This document shows positions 55,948 to 64,000 of a stretch of DNA of 64,000 bases, piece after piece (position 1 is the stretch's first letter; each line of letters starts with the position of its first letter). A program made the position numbers and the translations under genes. The stretch comes from Paraphysomonas bandaiensis (Eukaryota; Protista; Chrysophyceae). The stretch lies in the NCBI GenBank assembly GCA_965644295.1, contig CBFFRP010000322.1:1-64000 (forward strand), written 5' to 3'. The notes beneath the pieces are model-generated. The model made no database searches. It worked only from the letters and a program-made list of their open reading frames with translations, and had not been told where the DNA came from.

Positions 55948-58900
55948 TTAACCCCATTTTATTGGTAAAGCGCATTTCGAGTAGCCGTTACGGTGATCTA
56001 ACTCCACTACATCAGTATGTAAACAATTCTCGGTTTCCCCACTAAATTCGAAATATAATTCAACACATACTTGGTCACAGCTCTCTGTGCCATTTCGAAT
56101 TGCATCAACTCGTTTACATAAAACCTCTTCTTTGTCAACAATGATTCTAGATGATTCAAGCGTTGCAATCACGACATCGGGAAAACTCATACGGAGAACA
56201 ACACGGGTGCACACAGAGTCAGTACAAACAGTAACAGATTCAACTGTGTACGAATCATCGAATCGCGCAGCAGAGCAGTTGAGTGGAACCCCTCGATATT
56301 GACAGTTTGGTAGTATTCTTTTAAAATCGCATTTTATTCTTCGAGACGCTTCAAGCTCAGAGTTCCAACAGTCAGTGCAGACAGTGTAGCTACATGATAG
56401 GTGCGAGCTGCAACCATAAGCAAATCTAGACCCATCAACACACTCACTTCCTTTGTGGTGCGGCCAATCGCAGCTCCAGCTACCCAGAATCTTTGGAATG
56501 TGAACACGGCGAATGTTTTCATGACACTCACGACACGCTAATGACAACGAGGAAGGAGCTTCCCACCTATCGTCCACGCTGATACAATCGAAACAAACAT
56601 CACTCGAACATTTCTGACAAAACCATCTCTTGCCTGTCTTGTGGTGGCGGCAGAGGCAACAAGCATAACCCGCTATATATAAATCCTCATCATAGGCTGA
56701 TACAATCATCTGGTGGCCTTTGCCACATACTGGCCCTGAAAAACTTATCTTCCTCGTGGAATTCGGCACCAATACTTCACAAGTAGAATATCCACTCTCC
56801 CCAAATGTAAAGTAAACAGGACTGTCAAATATTTCATTCGCCACGCTATTTACGTCAAATATAAGCCGACTCGTCGATACGTCTCTAGCTGTGCTCAACA
56901 AATCGTATCTAGAACACTTTACTAAGTGACTGTTCACAGAAAGTACAGAGGAGCATGGGTCTCCCATCTCACCACCATATATCACAATGCTCAAGCGTAA
57001 CTGTGAAGCTCCACTTACTGAGTAGTACACGATACTATTGACAATGCAATAATGACTGGAATCTAAAATAGAGGCAAAATAGTTGTATCTCTCCAACTCC
57101 GTAGGTGCAGACATATTGTCACCAACATATTCCATGCATACACCACATATACTAAACGAACAAGCCCGACATACCCACCAGCTGTGACTGACTGCATATT
57201 TATCCCAGCTCCCGCATTTATTACAAGTCTTTTCATCACCCGTTCGAGTTAGCACCAGTGTATGTCCTGCACAACACTGTGGCATAGAAATAGCAGCTTC
57301 TACAGTTGAATTTGGGACAGGAATTTGGCAGGTTGAATATCCGTCTCCATACATATACTTCACATTCAACACATATATATTATCGTGCATTTTGCAAGAC
57401 GTCAAGATATCGAAAAAAACATCTGCAGCGACAAAAATTTCACTTTGCTCCTTGAATACACAAGCACAACACGGAACCAAATCGTCCCCAATGAGAAGCC
57501 TTGAGCCATTGGGATTCCTTACAGGCCCCACTGACATATCTCCACATACCATGATGCTTACCACAATACGCGTCCTGGCCTCTTCCACTCTTAAACTTAC
57601 TCCAGAGATCATACAATAATACGACTCGTTGTAGCGGCAAACATATGAGTACATATTAAGGCTCGAGTGGAAATACGATCCTGCAGGACGGGATTCTAAT
57701 ATAAGCTTAGATACGTCTGCCCGACCATTAACCATATATGCATCGGCACCACACAACCATTCCATTATGATGTCACTGTACGACTCTTGAACGCTAACTT
57801 CTTCGTTGTCCATGCTGTAGTCAATAACAGAATTCGGAGTCACGCCCGGACGTTGCTTAACCGCCTCAAGGGATATATGACGGATTTGCTGTCGAAACGA
57901 AAGCGGAGTAAGAAAAAAATCCCGAGTGTCATCAGGATTCCTAACTACACGATCGTCGGAATGGTATGCAGAGAATGTCCAACCCAAGTCTGCAGCAAAG
58001 TTCAAAACAGCACGCAATTGACGAGGAATATCATTGAAGTAACTGGAACCCGGTATCGTGACCAAACAGGAGGTGTAATCCACACCGAGAGAAAATTTTA
58101 CTATGCGAGATAGAAGTTTGTCCATCATATTAACAGGTACTTCAAACATTAAGTATACGGACACAGTTTTGTGAGTTCGATGAGCTACGACTCCAAAGGT
58201 GTAATCAAACTTACACTCACCAATACAAATACAAGATGCTTCTAGATGATGAAATTGTACCTGATAATCTGAGCAAAATATCTCGACATGAACTGTTACA
58301 ATCAGATTAGTTTCAAAATGCCGAATGCTTGCATGGGAGACAGTTCCGTAGTTTTCATCATTATGGTACGATACGCGGCCTCGGGGTTGGTATAGAGCAG
58401 TGTATGCATCTGGAGGTCGAAACCCTTGCAGTTTCGACATATTCACTAGGCCTCCGTCTACGTAAACATCACTAGAGAATAGCCAGTCCAGAGTACTGTA
58501 CGCATATGCCTGCTGCACATCTACCTCGCTCATGGTGGAGAAGTCGGTCATGGTAACTCTTTCATCATCACCGGGCCGTGCCTCGATAGCGACCCATACG
58601 AGTTCATGAATTTGCCGATAGAAGGACTCTTTGCACAAGAAATATTCGCACCCTCCATCCGCATCAGTTAAAACCTTATCGCTATCGCACACAGCCCTCC
58701 AAGGCCACTGTTCATCCAACGCATAACTCAGCACAGCATGTAAAGAAGTTGGAAGGCCACTAGTTTGATTGATCTCAAGTGGCATCACTGAATTTACAGA
58801 CGCATTTTCAACAACATTTGTACAGCAGCTAATTGGGCATTCGACCTCATCATCCATATACTTTGGAATGACAACCAGCTTAGCTTCTGTTGTAGGAGTT

Positions 58901-60531
58901 TCGCGAATAGCCCAGTGTACAAGAGCATTGAATGCGTATCTCTCTTTAGTATGTTCAAGAGTATGAGGCAGCCTCCATTGGCAAACCTCAATCTCCCGCC
59001 CAACAAAAATAAAAGCGCTGTTATCGAATAGCCAAAATACACCGCTAATTTCCTCTGAAGTCTTCGCGGGAAACTCCCAGTCCGGATCAGCTAACGGTAA
59101 TTCATCCCAGCCATCATCAATATTGCCAGCGTACGACTCTATATCGTTACCAGAAAACACTGCCAAGCGTGCGCGGGAAAAGAACAGTTGCATCCGCTTG
59201 TCCAATGCTATCTTGGACGGCCACCGGCGGGTGAACAGCTTAGAGTGAAGCAATTCAACAGTGAGGTCACCACTCTCACTTCGATAAGCAATTTGGATCT
59301 CAAATGCTCCTACTCTACATGAATTCGACGATTGCATTGTATCAAATTGAGGAGGGGATACATCGGTGAGAATTCTCATTGCTCCAACTCGAGCACAAGC
59401 ATGCCATGATTGCACATTCGTCAACATACAACGTAGCACATCATTGGCCCTATCACAATACTCCTTCGTTACATGTCGCAATGTCATCGGGTGAGACTCA
59501 CAGTCGTGGCAGTGCTCTACAGTTATAAGAATGTCAAGTGGTCGCATATCATGATACGCACCAAGCAGTCTCGGTGGGATGGTGCTTGCGGACTGCTCAA
59601 GCTCTGATGGTGTACGTATCGCTCGCATCTTGGATACAAACTTCTGCATACTGGCTTCAATGCGACGAGAAGGTCGCTGAGGATGTGTAGGGGACTCTGG
59701 GGACGACATATCCCTGAGCTCTTTCTCACGACGACCTTCTTCATATTCACCAAGCGAACGCATTTTTTCCTTCCTCTTCGTTTGCAGTTCTTCTATGTCG
59801 CTAATCGGCATCCGACGACCGGTATGAGTGTCGTAACCGTACAACTGATAGTGATCAAAACTGATCGGTTTGTTGGGAGCTCCACTATAGCATGTCGGTC
59901 GATTACTACTTGGCGACCGTCTGCTAGATGGCGCACTCTTCGGTCGCAGTGCAAACATATTCCGTTTTTCTGATGCCTTGTGCATCGCCGCAGCGTTATT
60001 TACATTCCCCGGATGAGCTTTGTCAACACTGATAGGTGACTTTCTTCGTTTAGATGATCCGTAATTCCTTCGACGCATCCTATGTTCAGTCCTCTTAACA
60101 TGAGCTTGGCCATGTTTATGACAGCGAGCATGTTGCCAACTATACGCCTGTCTCAGCACGCACAATGAATCCACAACAGCAGTAACAGTAGCAAGATCTC
60201 CATTCACAATCTTCCTTCCATTTACTCCATTCAGTGCTCGCTGACAGTCATATGGAAGCTTCCTCTTAATCTCTCTGATAACAGCAGTTGATACGATCTC
60301 AAGTCTGTGTGTCTCTCCAGTGAACTCCTCCTCTATCTGTATATCCCCATACATACACTCATATACACGGACTAACACTACAGGCGCCACTAGTCTGAGT
60401 TGATCTATAGAAGTCACACGAGCCACTCCTGATTTATCTAATAGATCATTAGTCCGCTGTAGTAACTCAATCTCACTGGTAGAGTGATGAAGACTACAGA
60501 CTGGTTCATCCGTATTGTTCAGTGAAATCAT
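55948..60531 (-). CDS. large intronless multidomain protein: CEP95-like N-terminal domain, Rdx (SelW/SelT/SelH-like) CxxC domain, internal repeats, ZZ/C1-like Zn fingers
   Basis: The ORF is open for 1665 codons, with a likely start near 60531. ITVEHCHDC...RVGAFEIQ...LLHSKLFTRRWP is an Rdx pattern. Three Cys/His clusters of CxxC...CxxC...CxxC type. Confidence 0.8.
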   Translation of the reverse strand: MISLNNTDEPVCSLHHSTSEIELLQRTNDLLDKSGVARVTSIDQLRLVAPVVLVRVYECMYGDIQIEEEFTGETHRLEIVSTAVIREIKRKLPYDCQRALNGVNGRKIVNGDLATVTAVVDSLCVLRQAYSWQHARCHKHGQAHVKRTEHRMRRRNYGSSKRRKSPISVDKAHPGNVNNAAAMHKASEKRNMFALRPKSAPSSRRSPSSNRPTCYSGAPNKPISFDHYQLYGYDTHTGRRMPISDIEELQTKRKEKMRSLGEYEEGRREKELRDMSSPESPTHPQRPSRRIEASMQKFVSKMRAIRTPSELEQSASTIPPRLLGAYHDMRPLDILITVEHCHDCESHPMTLRHVTKEYCDRANDVLRCMLTNVQSWHACARVGAMRILTDVSPPQFDTMQSSNSCRVGAFEIQIAYRSESGDLTVELLHSKLFTRRWPSKIALDKRMQLFFSRARLAVFSGNDIESYAGNIDDGWDELPLADPDWEFPAKTSEEISGVFWLFDNSAFIFVGREIEVCQWRLPHTLEHTKERYAFNALVHWAIRETPTTEAKLVVIPKYMDDEVECPISCCTNVVENASVNSVMPLEINQTSGLPTSLHAVLSYALDEQWPWRAVCDSDKVLTDADGGCEYFLCKESFYRQIHELVWVAIEARPGDDERVTMTDFSTMSEVDVQQAYAYSTLDWLFSSDVYVDGGLVNMSKLQGFRPPDAYTALYQPRGRVSYHNDENYGTVSHASIRHFETNLIVTVHVEIFCSDYQVQFHHLEASCICIGECKFDYTFGVVAHRTHKTVSVYLMFEVPVNMMDKLLSRIVKFSLGVDYTSCLVTIPGSSYFNDIPRQLRAVLNFAADLGWTFSAYHSDDRVVRNPDDTRDFFLTPLSFRQQIRHISLEAVKQRPGVTPNSVIDYSMDNEEVSVQESYSDIIMEWLCGADAYMVNGRADVSKLILESRPAGSYFHSSLNMYSYVCRYNESYYCMISGVSLRVEEARTRIVVSIMVCGDMSVGPVRNPNGSRLLIGDDLVPCCACVFKEQSEIFVAADVFFDILTSCKMHDNIYVLNVKYMYGDGYSTCQIPVPNSTVEAAISMPQCCAGHTLVLTRTGDEKTCNKCGSWDKYAVSHSWWVCRACSFSICGVCMEYVGDNMSAPTELERYNYFASILDSSHYCIVNSIVYYSVSGASQLRLSIVIYGGEMGDPCSSVLSVNSHLVKCSRYDLLSTARDVSTSRLIFDVNSVANEIFDSPVYFTFGESGYSTCEVLVPNSTRKISFSGPVCGKGHQMIVSAYDEDLYIAGYACCLCRHHKTGKRWFCQKCSSDVCFDCISVDDRWEAPSSLSLACRECHENIRRVHIPKILGSWSCDWPHHKGSECVDGSRFAYGCSSHLSCSYTVCTDCWNSELEASRRIKCDFKRILPNCQYRGVPLNCSAARFDDSYTVESVTVCTDSVCTRVVLRMSFPDVVIATLESSRIIVDKEEVLCKRVDAIRNGTESCDQVCVELYFEFSGETENCLHTDVVELDHRNGYSKCALPIKWG

Positions 60532-62717
60532 GATAGAGGCTGCATGCTTATATACTGCACAGATCTCGGAGTAATGAGCAGACACACAGCTGTACATATC
60601 ATACATATACATATATGAGCTGCTGTATTCGCTTGCTGTCTCTCTCTGCATACTGACTGTAGGATTCCTATCTGTATGATAGATACACAGCACAGCACAG
60701 CACTGCACTGCAGCTGGAAGCAGTGGTTTCGTTCTGTATTTTTTTGGAAATAAGCCCCTTTTTTTCCCTAAATCACTATTTTCATCACTATTATTTTCAG
60801 TAAACGAAAAAAACCCTACTTTCTGCTGTATTTCAGCTGATATGTAGTGTCCTGTATATGTCCATTGCTTTGTCTTGCTGTGAACGGCCATGTATGTATG
60901 TAGCAATGTAGAGCTAGATCTATTCAAACTGCAGCACAACAACACTAATCAGACACCGAACACATACGAAACACTTCCACTGATGTAGAGGTACATGAAC
61001 AACTATAAAGACGGATTAGTTCTTGTATATATGATGTACGTCTGCTAGTGTATATGTAACGGTCATATGCAGAGGGCACTCTGTACAGAGCGACGCACAG
61101 GTCCAACAATATTCAATGGTATCAAGAACGGCGTACAAGTCACATGTGAATTACGGCCATTCTGTTTCAATGATAAAGCAGTTACATGCTGCTGAGGTTA
61201 TATGCGACCAGTCTACCGAACCCCCTGAGGGTCATCTCTATCACCTCTCTCTCTCTATGGGTATATAATTATTTCATAGATATAAATGTATTAGGTACTT
61301 GTGCATTTACATATATCCTTATAGAGGGAGAGTAGGGAGAGTAGGGAGTAGGTAGTTCGGTATATTGAAAAAGAATCGAGACCTGTCCTCTATCACCTTA
61401 ATGGCGCCGAACTAAGTCTCTCCATTCCATTATAACATGACACACCAATGACCAAATTGTCTTCAAGTTTGCTTATTTTTACGACAAAAGTATAAACACG
61501 TAGGGATTATGTAACATTTGGTAGATTCTGGCTTGGGTAACAATTAATTGAATTACCAATTGTTTAACTGGTTTTAAAATGATAATTCTAGTTATTATTA
61601 TCGGTATATAATGCCAATTGCTAATTGAATGGCTAGGCTTAATGATATAGCATCGTATGGTGCGTAGCTACTGGTCATATAAACTAATCCACTATCTGTT
61701 AGTATAGAAGACCGTATGCCACTATATCATTATTAATCATTATTGTGTGAGTGACAGTATCAGGGTTAGTGTAAATTCAACCTCAGCACGCAAGAGTAAT
61801 TCCATGTGAAAAGTCTTTGATGTCTCGCGATTAAAGTCGAAGTGGATCGTGTCAGGGTAGAAAGGTTTAACATCGTCTGTAAGCTTTTGCTATCAGATGG
61901 AGAAGAAACTCTTGATCTGAGTGACATCCGGGGGGTACAATTTGATGTTTTAATTTGCTAGTACCCTGAGATGAAATTCCATCTGGGTGCAGATTTCCAT
62001 CTGTGGTAGTTAAAAATACAGGTGTGACGCGTTTTGATAAGATATATATAGGTTAATCCCTTGGTTTACTTAAAGACAATCAAAAGAACAAGAAAGCACG
62101 CACCAAACTGTCAATACGATGTCGTTGCTTGAATCAATTGTATAGCACTACCATTATTTGTGAAAGGTTGTTTAGCAGAACTAAGTTTGTTAGAGTGATT
62201 TTCCCAAGCGAATGTTTCTGCGTGCTGAGTACTTTTGGGATGAGGTTGAAGTGGAGTAAGCAATTCGAAAAAGTAATAGAATTAAAGGCAATTAACTGCA
62301 AATTACAATTGTTATTGTTGGATACCTCTCACCAATTTAATGTTACGCAAGCCTTCCAATACTTCACCTAGATTGCAAATATAACTACGAGGTAGCTCGG
62401 TTCTCAGGTGAGCATTGGTAGCACTGGTATATCACATTCATTCGCCGTCGATAACAATGATGGCGTCGGCTTCGCGCGAGAAAATTACGTCGAATTTAGA
62501 AAAAGTAGAATATATTACATAACAATATAGACGTATTTACATATGTGGAAACTCAAATCCACAAACAGTAATTACTTCTTCAACTATTACATGATATGAT
62601 ATGTAACACCTTGTACTTTCTAATCCAATATATTTGCATATATGAAAGAATTATCAGAGAATACGTATTGAACTGTAGAATATGGAACAAACATTGTAGA
62701 TGTAAATAATAGGGCTT

Positions 62718-64000
62718 CTATGAATTCTGAGGGTATATTTTTTTCGATCCCCTCTTCTCACTCCAATCGAGAAGTAGTTTTCTGATATTGTGTCGGATCA
62801 TAGATATAATACCACCAACTTTACGCGCGTCTGCGTCTAATTCATTCAGTTTTTCTAATATTGACCTCAGCAATGGTGGTTGCGATGAAATGCCACAAAA
62901 CTGAACAGCAGACAACTTCGACTGAGTCATTCGAATGGCTTTCGACACGAGATCCATCACATCATATAGTTGTGACTGACCACAGTGGTGCTTGAAGGCT
63001 CCGTATACATAAGGAAGTATTGATTCAACTTCCCGTTGCGCTAAACAGTACTTCGCAGCACGACACGACGAATGAAATGTAAATGGGTGCGGAGTTGGCT
63101 TTCCAGACTTTATATGATGGTAAGCTACACTGATAATATATACACAGTTAGCTTGACCATAAAAAAAATGCTACAGACCTTAGAACATGCGCAGGTACAC
63201 TTTCATCGAGTAAATTCTCCAGTACAGTTGCCACTGTGGCATGAAGAGTCTTGGCATCGCTACAAATATAAATTAATAATATAATCATATAGTATTGCAC
63301 TATACCTAGGGGGAAGTAGATCATAAGCAAATTTTCGCATTAAGCCACTGCTGAATGCCATCACTCCGTCAAAAAGAGTTACTAAAAAACCTCTGTTCTC
63401 TAGTATGTGGAGAATATGCTCTAAAGAAGGTCCAAATTCTTCAGGAACCACATCTCGCAATACAGCCACGTCAAATTCCTCCCCAATAACGCTAGCCGTC
63501 TTTAGAACGCTTCTTGCATTGTGCGGCACTCTCTCAAGCATAGTTACAATGAGTGAATTATCAGCTATGCCAGACATCACATCATCGATATTAGTCTGTT
63601 GTGTATCGTGGCAGTACTCAATTATCTTCCATAGGAGAAAGGGGGTGCCTTGAGACACCGAAACTATGGCACGAATAGCATCGTCTGATATATTCGAGAA
63701 GCCTTCATTCTGGATAATATTGGATATGGTTCGCTCATTTAACGGGCGCAGCATTAACGTGTGTAAACAGCCTGACTGTACAGTGCTCTTGAAAGTGTCA
63801 TATTCTACACCATGCCTACGAAAGAATAAAATTGTCACTATTAAGCCTATAATACACACGTACATACATATTACCTTGCAGGTGTCCTAAGCACTTTAAC
63901 GCTACTCTGAGGCAACTTCGACGCCGACTCATATGTTAGCTTTATCATATTTTCCGTGGTTGTGTCTCCGTCGTCATCCTCTCCGAAAAAACACCCCATG
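62718..64000 (-). CDS. 3' end of a soluble adenylate-cyclase-like (ADCY10-type) STAND NTPase; 5' part outside the window
   Basis: LRPL...VSQGTPFLL, MLERVPHNARSVLKTASVIGEEF and AFSSGLMRKFAYDLLP match the GxP, LDRL...ASVIG.F and F.H...AY region of AC-associated AAA/STAND proteins. The cyclase domain itself is not in the window. Confidence 0.7.

Noticed and set aside
59480-59530. Possible selenocysteine in the Rdx domain
   Set aside because: The motif is CHDC with ordinary Cys codons and there is no in-frame TGA.
60532-60945. N-terminal 138 codons of the 1665-aa ORF
   Set aside because: Low-complexity promoter-like and A/T-run sequence; probably an open frame upstream of the real start.

Overview
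Gene-dense eukaryotic (protist) DNA with many short GT-AG introns, mostly 40-130 nt. Gene content and style suggest a flagellated stramenopile, but that assignment is an inference. About 18 protein-coding loci: Neverland/DAF-36-type Rieske sterol desaturase, SDR, PX-PH protein, SAM methyltransferase, IMPACT-like, ELAV-like RRM protein, C45-type Ntn-hydrolase, RPL24, proteasome beta-2, GCN2, a bacterial-looking Gfo/Idh/MocA oxidoreductase, WDR47-like, a large CEP95-like/Rdx/Zn-finger protein, a partial sAC-type STAND NTPase and several orphans. Mobile DNA: the 3' half of an intact Ty1/copia element, an internally deleted pogo-like transposon, a MITE and a four-copy dispersed repeat. Main finding: at 43377-50077 (minus strand) two complete two-pore-channel (TPC) units splice in frame through canonical introns into one ~1,850-1,900 aa, four-domain (24-TM) polypeptide. 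This would be a covalently fused pseudo-heterodimeric TPC with four different pore loops. Second theme: long (TACA)n arrays sit just upstream of start codons, and both large transposons are inserted in or against them. Exon boundaries were worked out by hand and no database searches were run.
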